This document shows positions 8,999 through 18,973 of a stretch of 64,000 nucleotides of DNA, piece by piece (within the stretch, counting starts at the first letter, position 1; every line of letters begins with the position of its first letter). The notes below the pieces were generated by a model that searched no databases, was not told where the DNA came from, and was given only the letters and a program-made list of their open reading frames with translations. The translations under genes and the position numbers were made by a program. This DNA comes from Candidatus Shapirobacteria bacterium (lineage in GTDB: Bacteria; Patescibacteriota; Microgenomatia; UBA12405), in NCBI GenBank assembly GCA_028704635.1, contig JAQWFB010000001.1:69541-133540 (forward strand), read 5' to 3'.

Positions 8999-9283
8999 AT
9001 GACGAAAAATATCATTTTTGGTCTATTTTCGATTTTGATTGGCTATATTTCTGGAAGAACCGGTCATTTAATCGGTGGACTGTCTCTTAGTCCTCACCAC
9101 TGGATCTATGGATTTATTATAATGATTCTTGGATTAATTTTATATAAAAAATATTCTAAATATTATTTTTTAATTGGATTTTTAGGAATAGGTATTTTCA
9201 TCAGTGATCTTAACGATTTTTTAAACCTTCAATTTTATGGCGTCGACACTGTTAATAAATTTATTTTTTGGAATATAGACTAA
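8999..9283 (+). CDS. small integral membrane protein, hypothetical
   Basis: 94 aa with 2-3 hydrophobic helices. Confidence 0.35.
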   Translation: MTKNIIFGLFSILIGYISGRTGHLIGGLSLSPHHWIYGFIIMILGLILYKKYSKYYFLIGFLGIGIFISDLNDFLNLQFYGVDTVNKFIFWNID

Positions 9284-9286
9284 ATT

Positions 9287-9973
9287 ATGTTTAATAAAAT
9301 TTTGACCACAATTAATATTTGTCTCATTATTTTTTTTGCCTACCTTTTCTCAAAAACCAATTCGACTTCTTATTTTAGACCCACCACCACTTCCTCTTAC
9401 TACATAGAAAAACAAACTCTTTTTGACAATTTACCCCAATCAACCAATACCATTTATTTTTTAGGTGACAGTCTTACCGATGGTTGTGAATGGAACGAAT
9501 TGTTATCAAACCCAAAAATAAAAAATAGGGGAATAATGGGTGACTCTACAGAAGGAGTATTAAATCGACTTAACCAAATAACTCAATCAAAACCCCAAAA
9601 AATATTTATTATGATCGGAATAAACGATTTACTCAACAATATTGAAACAACTAAAATTTTAGATAATTACCAAAAAATTATTACCACCATTAGGACCGAT
9701 TCTCCTAAAACTAAAATCTATATCGAAAGTGTCTTACCTCTCAATTTTGAATTAGACAAAACCAAACGTCCAATAAATAATCAAAATATCTCTGATTTTA
9801 ACAATAATTTAAAGAATTTTACCGATAATTCCAATATTTTTTATATAGACCTTTATTCTGCTTTTTTAAATTTATCTGGGCAACTAAATGAAAAATACAC
9901 GTTAGACGGAATCCATTTAAACGGACAAGGCTATCTGAACTGGAAAAACGAAATCTCAAAATACATTAAATAA
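9287..9973 (+). CDS. SGNH/GDSL-family hydrolase (lipase/acylhydrolase) with N-terminal membrane anchor
   Basis: Block I FLGDSLTDG, block III GINDL, block V DGIHLN. Confidence 0.8.
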   Translation: MFNKILTTINICLIIFFAYLFSKTNSTSYFRPTTTSSYYIEKQTLFDNLPQSTNTIYFLGDSLTDGCEWNELLSNPKIKNRGIMGDSTEGVLNRLNQITQSKPQKIFIMIGINDLLNNIETTKILDNYQKIITTIRTDSPKTKIYIESVLPLNFELDKTKRPINNQNISDFNNNLKNFTDNSNIFYIDLYSAFLNLSGQLNEKYTLDGIHLNGQGYLNWKNEISKYIK

Positions 9974-9981
9974 ATACTGAG

Positions 9982-10055
9982 TCGGGGATACAGGATTCGA
10001 ACCTGCAACCTCATGGTCCCAAACCATGCACGCTAGCCAATTGCGCCAATCCCCG
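9982..10055 (-). tRNA. tRNA-Pro (anticodon TGG)
   Basis: Manual fold: CGGGGAT acceptor, anticodon stem CATGG/CCATG, loop TTTGGGA. Confidence 0.8.
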
Positions 10056-10059
10056 TCGG

Positions 10060-10144
10060 TGCCGCTGGCGGGGGTCGAACCCACACGCTTTTTAAGAGCA
10101 CAAGATTTTAAGTCTTGCGTGTATACCAATTTCACCACAGCGGC
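10060..10144 (-). tRNA. tRNA-Leu (anticodon TAA)
   Basis: Manual fold: GCCGCTG acceptor, anticodon stem CAAGA/TCTTG, loop CTTAAAA, long variable arm. Confidence 0.8.
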
Positions 10145-10194
10145 TAAATGTGTTCTTATTATAGCAAAAAAAATCCAATGTTATAATCTAACTT

Positions 10195-11286
10195 ATGCTT
10201 AATCAGTCCACCTTTGTTCCAGTCGGTACTCAAGCCACAGTCAAATCACTAACCCCTGAAGACTTAAAAGCTATCGGCGTTGAAATATTTTTTTGCAATA
10301 CCTATCATCTTTATCTCCGTCCCGGCGACAAAGCCATCAAAAAATTCGGTGGACTTCATAAATTTACCCGATGGGATGGCCAATTAATCACCGACTCTGG
10401 TGGTTTCCAAGTTTTTTCTCTCGGCAAAGATCACAACGGTGCTGGCGCTTTAGTCAAAATAAATGAGGATGGAGTTGAATTTCGCTCTCATCTTGATGGT
10501 TCTCTTCATATTTTCACTCCCGAAAAATCAATCCAAATTCAACACAATCTAGCCGCTGATAATATTATTGCTTTTGATGAATGCACTCCCTATCCAGCCA
10601 CTAAAGATTATGCCAAAAAAGCTCTTGATCGCACCCATCGTTGGGCTGTCCGATCTTTAAATGAACATAAAAAATTAAATAAAAAATTAAATCAAGATAT
10701 AAAATTATATGGCGTTGTTCAAGGTAGTTATTATAAAGATTTGCGCCAACAATCGGCCGAATTTATCTGTTCTCAAGATTTTGACGGTATTGCCATTGGT
10801 GGTGTTTCTGTCGGTGAACCCAAAAATAAAATGCGTCAAGCTGTTAGTTGGGTTTTACCCACCATTTTAAAAACCGGTAAACCAATTCACTTACTTGGTG
10901 TCGGCGAAGTCGATGATCTCTTTGAATTTTTTGGGCAGGGGATCACTTCAATGGACTGCACTCTTCCCACCAGAATGGCCCGCGGTGGTCAATTTTTACA
11001 TCGTACCGGCAATACTAAACATGACACCAAAAACAAATTTAAAGACCAAATTATGCGCCAAAAATATAAACTCGACCAAACTCAACTCGACAAAGATTGC
11101 CAATGTCCCACCTGTCAAAAATATGACAAAGCCTATATCCATCATCTTTTTAAAACCCAAGAATTACTCGGCTATCGATTAATGACTCTCCACAATATTT
11201 ATTTTATGACTCATACCACCCAATTAATTCGTGATGCTTTAAAAAATGGCACATTTGAAAAATTAAAAAAAGACTGGCTTGGTTAA
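10195..11286 (+). CDS. tgt: queuine tRNA-ribosyltransferase
   Basis: DSGGFQ substrate-binding block and zinc site CQCPTCQKY...HHL. Confidence 0.9.
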   Translation: MLNQSTFVPVGTQATVKSLTPEDLKAIGVEIFFCNTYHLYLRPGDKAIKKFGGLHKFTRWDGQLITDSGGFQVFSLGKDHNGAGALVKINEDGVEFRSHLDGSLHIFTPEKSIQIQHNLAADNIIAFDECTPYPATKDYAKKALDRTHRWAVRSLNEHKKLNKKLNQDIKLYGVVQGSYYKDLRQQSAEFICSQDFDGIAIGGVSVGEPKNKMRQAVSWVLPTILKTGKPIHLLGVGEVDDLFEFFGQGITSMDCTLPTRMARGGQFLHRTGNTKHDTKNKFKDQIMRQKYKLDQTQLDKDCQCPTCQKYDKAYIHHLFKTQELLGYRLMTLHNIYFMTHTTQLIRDALKNGTFEKLKKDWLG

Positions 11287-12281
11287 ATTATCTCGTATTT
11301 ATATTTATTATTTAAAACAGCTCTGATTCTGCTATATTGTTCTTCAGTCGTTTTATTTTTTAAGAAATTCATTTTTTCTTGTATTTCTTTTTGGTCTACC
11401 TCATTTACAGTTCGATCATATTGAATATTATTCAAATATGAAAGCAAAAATAACAGATAATTTGCATACGATTTAGTTTCTCTATAAACATTCATTGGCG
11501 TTGATTTTCCAGACTCAAAACATTCAATAATATTTATCTCACCAATATTTTCTTGCATTTGGCCATCGACAATTTCTTTGATTTTTTCTCCCAATCCATC
11601 ATTAATTTCCAATTCTTTTTCATCCAGAAGTTGCTGTATTAATTCAATATAATCTTCTTTTTTCTCAGTAGTTTTCCATTCATTTTTATATTCATCCAAA
11701 TCAAAATGTATTCCCAATAAACGATAAATTTCTCTTGCTTTCACAAAATCTCTTTTATTCAAAACTTCTAATTTATCTATATCCCTAAAAACCGTACAAA
11801 AAATCTGAGCTTTTCTTTCTACATCATCGACTGGTTCCATCATTTCTTTTAAACTATGATTTCTTATTGTATAACCAATCACTTTTTGTTCATCATCAAA
11901 AAATTTTTTCAAAATTCCTTTCTCTTCCAATAAACGAATACTTATTTCACCATGATCCATAAACTTTCCATTATCATCAACATATCTATCATTATCATGA
12001 AAATGCCTACCCAAATCATGACTCTGGCAAATAAATTTAAACAGAGGAAGATATTGCACCAATTCTTCATCTTTATCCAATTCATAATTTTTTATTATTT
12101 CTTGGGAATTATTTGCCATATTAATCATATGTTCCGATTTATACCTTCCAAATCTATCTCTCTCCCATTGATCACCCATCTGATCAGCAATTTCTCGAGT
12201 CAAGCCATTGACTTGGTCAATCGCCAAATTAACTCTATCCTTCGCCGATAAATTTTCTGTTAAAAACAAAATTTCCTTCAT
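11283..12281 (-). CDS. HD-domain phosphohydrolase, hypothetical
   Basis: H...HD motif in ICQSHDLGRHFHDND. 332 aa, acidic. Confidence 0.5.
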   Translation of the reverse strand: MKEILFLTENLSAKDRVNLAIDQVNGLTREIADQMGDQWERDRFGRYKSEHMINMANNSQEIIKNYELDKDEELVQYLPLFKFICQSHDLGRHFHDNDRYVDDNGKFMDHGEISIRLLEEKGILKKFFDDEQKVIGYTIRNHSLKEMMEPVDDVERKAQIFCTVFRDIDKLEVLNKRDFVKAREIYRLLGIHFDLDEYKNEWKTTEKKEDYIELIQQLLDEKELEINDGLGEKIKEIVDGQMQENIGEINIIECFESGKSTPMNVYRETKSYANYLLFLLSYLNNIQYDRTVNEVDQKEIQEKMNFLKNKTTEEQYSRIRAVLNNKYKYEII

Positions 12282-12330
12282 AACAGTCCTATAATATCAA
12301 AATATTTTTCAAAATCAAATAGACCATCCC

Positions 12331-13254
12331 ATGCTATACTTTTTTATGTCTAGAACAATATTAGTTACCGGTGGAGCCGGTCATGTTGGCTCCCATATTA
12401 TTGAGCAACTTATTCAAAAAAACCCCGAGGATAAAATAATTTCCTTAGACAATTATTTTAATGGTAGTAAAAATAACCATATTTCTAGAGCCGAATATCG
12501 CGAAGGCCACACTAAAGATATTGATAAATTAATTCCCGAAACTCCAGATATAGTGTTTCATTTAGGTGAATATGCTCGCATCGCTCCATCTTTTGACGAC
12601 ATTGAACAAGTTTTTGATATGAATACCATCGGCACTTTTGCTGTCGTTGAATTTTGTAAGAAAAGAAAAGTTAGCAAATTAGTTTACGCCGCTTCCAGTA
12701 CTAAATTTGCCACCAATGGAGAAGAACGATTTGCTAATCCATATTCTTTTACCAAAGCCAACAATGTTGATTTAATCAATAATTATGGAAAGTGGTGTAA
12801 AAAAATGTCCAACCCTGATTTTGAATTTAATTATGCCATTTGTTATTTTTACAATGCTTTTGGACCTCGCGAAAAAGGTGAAGGGAAATACAGTACTCTC
12901 ATTGCCAAATTCCAGCAATTATATTTAGAAAATAAATCATTCACTGTCAACAAACCTGGAACCCAAAAACGAAATTTTACTTATGTTGGTGATTTAGCCC
13001 AAGGCATGATTCTTGCCGCCGAAAAGGGTAATGGTGATGGCTACACTTTAAACAATACTAAGGCTTATTCTATTATTGAAATAGCCCAAAGCTTTGGTGG
13101 ACCAATTGAATATAAAGATGGTTATCCAGGTCGACAAGATTCCGGTGACACCCCAATTCAAGACAAAGCCCGCACTGAACTAGGTTGGAAAACCACTATT
13201 GATATAATCGATTACATAAAAGATTTTGTTGCCAAACATCCACGTCAAAAATGA
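12331..13254 (+). CDS. NAD-dependent epimerase/dehydratase (extended SDR; UDP-sugar epimerase/decarboxylase-like)
   Basis: Rossmann motif TGGAGHVGSH and catalytic YSFTK (YxxxK). Likely true start at M 12349 (MSRTILV). Confidence 0.8.
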   Translation: MLYFFMSRTILVTGGAGHVGSHIIEQLIQKNPEDKIISLDNYFNGSKNNHISRAEYREGHTKDIDKLIPETPDIVFHLGEYARIAPSFDDIEQVFDMNTIGTFAVVEFCKKRKVSKLVYAASSTKFATNGEERFANPYSFTKANNVDLINNYGKWCKKMSNPDFEFNYAICYFYNAFGPREKGEGKYSTLIAKFQQLYLENKSFTVNKPGTQKRNFTYVGDLAQGMILAAEKGNGDGYTLNNTKAYSIIEIAQSFGGPIEYKDGYPGRQDSGDTPIQDKARTELGWKTTIDIIDYIKDFVAKHPRQK

Positions 13255-13360
13255 TATGATTACAATCATTTTAAAATAGTTTTATACAGTAAGTATCTAT
13301 TAGCAGATATGTGACAAGACTGCTAATAAAAGTCATTTAAAAACTTTTACCTAAATTTCC

Positions 13361-14380
13361 ATGAAAAATAGCTCAAAAACATTCTTAAGTATCAATTTTG
13401 GCTGTCGGGTTAATTCCGCTGAAACTAATCAGTGGTCCCAAATTTTAATTAATCAAAATTACATTCCTACTAAAACTAACCCCGACATAATATTAATCAA
13501 TACCTGTTCCATTACTAAAAAAGGAGATTTGGAATCACTTGGAAAAGTTCGCTCTCTTCACCAAAAATACCCAAAAACAAAAATTTATGTCACCGGCTGC
13601 GCTAATCTTGAAAAATTAAAAAATATCCCAAATGTTTTTATTTACCAAAATAATCAAAAAGAAGAATTATTAAAAGATTTAAAATCTTCCTACACTCCAA
13701 AAATAAAAGATAAATTTAGTCACACTCATCGTTTTTTATTAAAAATTCAATCAGGTTGCACCCAATTTTGTTCCTATTGTATTGTCCCTTTTAAACGATC
13801 ACAACTTTGGTCATTAAAAATTAAAGACGCTGTTAATACCGTCAATTCTGCTGTTAAAAACGGTTATCAAGAAATTATCATCACCGGAGTCAATCTTGAT
13901 CAATATGAATATGATTTTTCTGATCTAATTAAAAATATTCTAGAACAAACTGATATAAAATTAATTAGTTTTGGTTCCATTCCTTTAAATTGTATTAATA
14001 AAAAATTCATCGAACTTTTTAAAAAATATCCCGACAGAATTTCTAATTTTCTTCATATTCCTATCCAATCCGGCTCCGACAAAATTCTCAAACTCATGAA
14101 CCGCCCTTATGACTCCAAAAAAATCATAAATACTTTTAATAAACTAAAAAAATTACCTCTCTCTTTCGGAACCGACATCATCGTCGGTTTTCCAACCGAA
14201 TCAGATCAAGATTTTAAAAAAACTCTTAATTTATGCCAAAACATTGGCTTTTCCAAAATTCACTGCTTCCGATATTCCTCTCGTCCCAATACTAAAGCCA
14301 AAATTATCCACGACACTAATTCTAAAATTTCCAAAGAGATTTTAAAATCTCGTTCTCAACAAATTCGAAATTTGGTCTAA
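13361..14380 (+). CDS. MiaB/RimO-family radical SAM methylthiotransferase (short, no TRAM domain)
   Basis: N-terminal MTTase domain (INTCSIT) and radical SAM CxxxCxxC in GCTQFCSYCIVP. Confidence 0.8.
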   Translation: MKNSSKTFLSINFGCRVNSAETNQWSQILINQNYIPTKTNPDIILINTCSITKKGDLESLGKVRSLHQKYPKTKIYVTGCANLEKLKNIPNVFIYQNNQKEELLKDLKSSYTPKIKDKFSHTHRFLLKIQSGCTQFCSYCIVPFKRSQLWSLKIKDAVNTVNSAVKNGYQEIIITGVNLDQYEYDFSDLIKNILEQTDIKLISFGSIPLNCINKKFIELFKKYPDRISNFLHIPIQSGSDKILKLMNRPYDSKKIINTFNKLKKLPLSFGTDIIVGFPTESDQDFKKTLNLCQNIGFSKIHCFRYSSRPNTKAKIIHDTNSKISKEILKSRSQQIRNLV

Positions 14381-14495
14381 ACATCCTGGTTTACAAATCA
14401 ATTCTAATAAACTAACATACACCTACATTTTTCCATGTTTTTAATCCAGACAAGAAACATGGCTAATTATTATCATTTTAAAAATAATTAAACTT

Positions 14496-14765
14496 ATGGC
14501 CCCAATAGAAGGACGCTTCATTTCTCCAACTTTAGAAGAAAATATACTTGCCCAAAACGGTAAAGAACGACATTTTAACGTTAACGACTTAAGGGTTATC
14601 CTTAAAGGATATGAAACCGGTGGTGATGTTTCTTATAAACACGTCTCTCAAAAAAATTATAGAAAAATTCATGTTGAACCAGGTGAAATAATCGAAAAAC
14701 AAGTTAAGGTTGTCGCCAAAGGCGGTGTTATAGAAAAAATTGGTATGAGATTTATTGGTAAATAA
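14496..14765 (+). CDS. hypothetical protein
   Basis: 89-aa ORF, basic, no motif recognized. Confidence 0.3.
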   Translation: MAPIEGRFISPTLEENILAQNGKERHFNVNDLRVILKGYETGGDVSYKHVSQKNYRKIHVEPGEIIEKQVKVVAKGGVIEKIGMRFIGK

Positions 14766-15869
14766 TTATCTTCCAAAATACACTTCCATCTCATCAAAAA
14801 CTGGAAAACTAAAAGATACTTCCTGTCCTGGAAATCTTGCATTTTTACCCCAAATATAGGCTTTATTGACATCATCTCTCATCTGGTTTGAAATCCTTTT
14901 CAAAACATCATCTAAAGTACAGGTATTTTTTAAAATCAAAGGTTGATTATAGTCTGCCTCTGCCGATCTTTCCCTTTTTAAATAAACTCTTACCAATCCT
15001 AGTCCTTTCCATAGTTTTTCTTTAAAATCATCCATTCCAATCCCTTTATCAGCACACATCAACACTAAATTATTTTTTTTACCCACAATTCTGGGATCAA
15101 AATTTTTTGCCAAATCAATTTTTGTAACCACTTCTACTGACGGCATATATTTAATTGACTTCGACATTGCATCTACCAACTTATCAATTCCTTCAACCTT
15201 TTCTCCAATTTGGATAATTGCATTTCCATATCCCATTTCTTTAGCAATTTCTATTACCGTTTCTTTTTCAAAAGATTTATATGGATCAACCACCTGAATT
15301 GACCCTTTATGAGTCCTGTGAATCGAGATTTTAGCCGGTTTAGTATTTAGTCTCATCCCTGAACGATAAAGCTCATCTTCCACCTGTTTTAACCATTCAA
15401 TCCTTTTAATATCTGTCATTAAAACAACTAAATCACTAGCTCTTATTACTGATAACACTTTTTTTCCAAAACCTTTGTTTTTAGCTGCACCTTCAATAAT
15501 TCCCGGCAAATCCAAAATCTGAATTTTAACCCCTTTATATTCCATCATTCCTGGTACCACTCCCAAAGTTGTGAAATCGTAATTTCCCACTCTCGATTCT
15601 GCATTTGTTACTGCATTTAATAAAGTTGATTTACCTACACTTGGTAATCCCACTAAAACCACCGAAGCGTCACCTGAATGTTTAATAGCATAACCAACTC
15701 CACCGCCACCACCTCCTTTCATCGCTCCACCATTTAATTCATCGTTAAGTTTAGCTAACCTAGCCTTCATGATTCCATGATGATGTTCCGTCCCTTTATG
15801 GTACGGCAAATCATGAATTTCTTTCTCTATCCGAGAAATCTGCATTTTAATAATTTCTTCCTTGGTCAT
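14766..15869 (-). CDS. OBG-HflX superfamily GTPase of the DRG/Rbg type with C-terminal TGS domain
   Basis: N-terminal KGTEHHHGIMKARLAKL block characteristic of DRG proteins. G1 GLPSVGKST, G3 DLPGIIEGA, G4 TKID. Confidence 0.7.
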   Translation of the reverse strand: MTKEEIIKMQISRIEKEIHDLPYHKGTEHHHGIMKARLAKLNDELNGGAMKGGGGGGVGYAIKHSGDASVVLVGLPSVGKSTLLNAVTNAESRVGNYDFTTLGVVPGMMEYKGVKIQILDLPGIIEGAAKNKGFGKKVLSVIRASDLVVLMTDIKRIEWLKQVEDELYRSGMRLNTKPAKISIHRTHKGSIQVVDPYKSFEKETVIEIAKEMGYGNAIIQIGEKVEGIDKLVDAMSKSIKYMPSVEVVTKIDLAKNFDPRIVGKKNNLVLMCADKGIGMDDFKEKLWKGLGLVRVYLKRERSAEADYNQPLILKNTCTLDDVLKRISNQMRDDVNKAYIWGKNARFPGQEVSFSFPVFDEMEVYFGR

Positions 15870-15893
15870 TTGTTAGAATAAGATCTATAAACT

Positions 15894-17291
15894 ATGTTTT
15901 TTATTTTCTTATTAATTTTTAGTCTTTTTTTTAATAGCCCTATTTTAGCATCTGACAACACCTTTGGTCTTCATCTTTCTCAAACAGAAGATATCCATTC
16001 TGCCGCCAAAATTATCAATTCCCAAAACGGCGATTGGGGTTGGGCCACTGTCGTTATTCAAACCAATAATTTAGATAAAAATACCTGGCAAAATTTTTTT
16101 GATAATTGCCGAAAAGACCACATAATTCCTATTATTAGAATTGCTACTATTGGTGAAGGGGAAAATTGGAAAGTTCCAGATTATTCCGACATCGACCACG
16201 TCGTTTCTTTTTTTAATTCTCTAAATTGGCCAACTCAAGAACAACATGTCATTTTATTTAATGAAATAAACCACGGATCTGAATGGGGAGGGGGAGTTGA
16301 TATAAAAGATTTTGTCGACAAGAGTTCCTATGCCGCCAAAAAATTTAAAGAGGCTAATCCAAACTTTTTTATTATTTCTTGTGGTCTCGATTTAGTCGCC
16401 CCAGAAGAACCACCAAAATACAAATCAGCCGAAAATGTTTATAAAGAAATTATTTCACTAAATCCAAATTATTTTGATAATATTGATGGATTATCTTCTC
16501 ATTCCTATCCCAATAATGGTTTTGTTGGCATTCCAAACGACACCGGTCAACATAGCATTCGTGGTTATCAATGGGAATTAGATTTATTAAAACAACTCGG
16601 TATCAACAAAGATTTACCCGTGTTTATCACCGAAACTGGATGGCCTCATCGCGAAGGAATCGAAAACCAAAATAATTTTTATACCGCCAAAACCACCGCC
16701 AATTTTTTAATCGAAGCTATTACCAATGTTTGGTCTCCAGATTCTCGAATTAAAGCCATTACTCCTTTTATTTATAATTATTCTCAAGAACCATTCGACC
16801 ATTTTTCCTGGCTCGATGAAAATAATAATCTTTATTCTGAGTATCAACAATTAATTGACTTACCCAAAAAACAAAATGAACCAAAACAAATATTAAGTTA
16901 TCAACTTGAAAAAATAACTTTACCTCTCTTAATTCTCGAAAAGAATACATATGATGGCGAAATTATTTTAAAAAATACCGGTCAATCAATTTGGGGCGAA
17001 AAAAGATTTTGTCTAATTTCAAAATCCAGCCCAAATATTACCACTTCAGAAATTTGTAGTGACAGTAATCTCACCCTTCCGGGTCAATATAAGATCTTCA
17101 AATTTAAATTTATTGTTAATGCAGTTGATAATTACGAAGGCCAAACTTATCTTTCCTGGGGTGATTTAAATAATTTCGAAATTCAAAAATTTGCTAAAAA
17201 ATCCACAATTTACCATCCAAAAGACAATTTTATCCAAAGAATCATAAATTCTTTCAAAGCCTTTGTAATTCGTGCTATTGAAAAGAATTAA
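15894..17291 (+). CDS. secreted glycoside hydrolase, clan GH-A TIM barrel (GH17/GH5-like)
   Basis: Signal peptide. Acid/base FNEINHGSEW (NE) and nucleophile ITETGWP motifs about 120 aa apart. Confidence 0.5.
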   Translation: MFFIFLLIFSLFFNSPILASDNTFGLHLSQTEDIHSAAKIINSQNGDWGWATVVIQTNNLDKNTWQNFFDNCRKDHIIPIIRIATIGEGENWKVPDYSDIDHVVSFFNSLNWPTQEQHVILFNEINHGSEWGGGVDIKDFVDKSSYAAKKFKEANPNFFIISCGLDLVAPEEPPKYKSAENVYKEIISLNPNYFDNIDGLSSHSYPNNGFVGIPNDTGQHSIRGYQWELDLLKQLGINKDLPVFITETGWPHREGIENQNNFYTAKTTANFLIEAITNVWSPDSRIKAITPFIYNYSQEPFDHFSWLDENNNLYSEYQQLIDLPKKQNEPKQILSYQLEKITLPLLILEKNTYDGEIILKNTGQSIWGEKRFCLISKSSPNITTSEICSDSNLTLPGQYKIFKFKFIVNAVDNYEGQTYLSWGDLNNFEIQKFAKKSTIYHPKDNFIQRIINSFKAFVIRAIEKN

Positions 17292-17565
17292 TTTTATTTT
17301 CTACCCAATCTAAGATCTAATTTAAATGTCGAAATAAAAAATATTTTTATTTTAATTTTTTACTAAATCTAAAATCCATTTTGTGCCGAAAATAAAACAA
17401 AATCTTTAAATTTTAAAGTTTTTTTAAAATTCAAATTATTAATAATTCATTTAAGATGTGCACCATCTGGGACGATGTCGGAACCTACTTAACCTCCTCT
17501 ATTGATCCTAAAGAGAAAGCTAGTCTTATTATTGCTTTCGCTCATTTTAAAAAGGAGGGAAAGCA

Positions 17566-18066
17566 ATGAATCTGTTTAATTGGTTTGAATCTTTGACAAA
17601 ATCAAAATCCATTGAATCCCAAAGTGCCAGCTTTATTTTAACAGATGAAAATAGTTTTTATCATCGTTTTACCCAGGATTTATTCCAAGCTAAACAAGAA
17701 GTTATTATTGAAAGTCCATATATTACACTCCCAAGATTACAGAGTTTAAAACCATTTTTTGAACAATTGATAAGAAGAGGAGTAAAAATATTTATAATTA
17801 CTAAAAACCCAAAAGAACATGGTGAACAATATATGGCAGATCAATCGGAAATAGGAATCCGTTATTTTGAATCTCTTGGAGTACAAGTACTACTATGTCA
17901 AAATCATCATCGAAAACTAGCTATGATTGATAGAAAAATAATCTGGAAGGGAAGCCTAAATATTTTATCCCAACAAAATAGCCGTGAATTTATGGAACGT
18001 GAAGAAAATAAAGAAAAAATAAACGTATTGTTTAAATTTCTACAGTATGACAAAATTATTTTTTAA
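17566..18066 (+). CDS. PLD-family nuclease (Nuc-like, single HKD domain)
   Basis: HxKx4D in HHRKLAMID, followed by GSLN (GSxN). 166 aa. Confidence 0.6.
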   Translation: MNLFNWFESLTKSKSIESQSASFILTDENSFYHRFTQDLFQAKQEVIIESPYITLPRLQSLKPFFEQLIRRGVKIFIITKNPKEHGEQYMADQSEIGIRYFESLGVQVLLCQNHHRKLAMIDRKIIWKGSLNILSQQNSREFMEREENKEKINVLFKFLQYDKIIF

Positions 18067-18096
18067 AAAAGACTGATATAATCCAAGAAAGAAGAT

Positions 18097-18330
18097 ATGA
18101 ATAATCCAATTGTAAAAAAATCTGAATTAGTGATTGATGCACTACAATATGCCCATGATCACGGATTGGATGTTCAAAATGAAAAAGATGTCTATAAAAT
18201 TTTAACCGTCCTTGATCCAAACCATACTCAAAATGCAGCTGAATTTATTGAGCTTCTTAAGACTTCCAATATTTTTATGAACATGACAGCAAAAGCAAAA
18301 GAACCTAAAAAAACAAACTTACTCAATTAA
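18097..18330 (+). CDS. hypothetical protein
   Basis: 77-aa ORF downstream of the PLD nuclease. Confidence 0.3.
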   Translation: MNNPIVKKSELVIDALQYAHDHGLDVQNEKDVYKILTVLDPNHTQNAAEFIELLKTSNIFMNMTAKAKEPKKTNLLN

Positions 18331-18338
18331 AATATCCT

Positions 18339-18971
18339 TCATTTACCAGTTTGTGTTTTATCTAAAAATTTTCTCGGATTAACCGGTATTCCAAAAACAT
18401 TAATTTGAAAGTGTAGGTGTGGTCCAGTTGACCAACCAGTACTTCCCATTTTTCCAATTACATCTCCAATCTTAACTGTCTGTCCTTTATAAACCAATAT
18501 TTTATCTAAATGACCATATAACGAAGTCACGTTATTACCATGATCAATAATTATATGTTTTCCATAACCTATAGCCGTTTGTCCGGCATAAGTTACCACT
18601 CCATCCATAAAAGGTGTAATCTCATCGCCAATTTTTCCCACTGGATTAGCAATATCAATTCCGGTATGAGAAATCTGGTAAGGAAGGTCTGATTTGGCAA
18701 ATTCCAAAGTAATAACACCTTTTACAGGCCAAACCATTGACGAGTTTATAGTTGTTATTACTTTTCCGCTAGTAGGATCGTGAATTTCTACTGTATTAGT
18801 AGTTTCATTTAATGAAACTAATTTATCAGAAATAATATTAATTCCTGTTTGAGTTAAGATAATAACGGCAATTACCGGTAATAATAAAATTAAAAGAAAT
18901 GCAGAAATGACTATCTTTAATTCTTTTCGGTAAGACCATAAAGTAAAAATGGTTCCTATGGGAAGTGCCAT
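18339..18971 (-). CDS. M23 family metallopeptidase (LytM-like) with N-terminal TM anchor
   Basis: HTGIDI ... GHLDKILVYKGQTVKIGDVIGKMGSTGWSTGPHLHFQ. Confidence 0.85.
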   Translation of the reverse strand: MALPIGTIFTLWSYRKELKIVISAFLLILLLPVIAVIILTQTGINIISDKLVSLNETTNTVEIHDPTSGKVITTINSSMVWPVKGVITLEFAKSDLPYQISHTGIDIANPVGKIGDEITPFMDGVVTYAGQTAIGYGKHIIIDHGNNVTSLYGHLDKILVYKGQTVKIGDVIGKMGSTGWSTGPHLHFQINVFGIPVNPRKFLDKTQTGK

Positions 18972-18973
18972 AA

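Noticed and set aside
9956-10138. 60-aa ORF on the minus strand
   Set aside because: Entirely covered by tRNA-Pro(TGG) and tRNA-Leu(TAA).
17290-17565. Long AT-rich intergenic region upstream of the PLD nuclease, considered as a possible origin or mobile-element end
   Set aside because: Only simple A/T runs and a plausible SD (aaggaggga) were found. There are no DnaA-box-like repeats or terminal inverted repeats.
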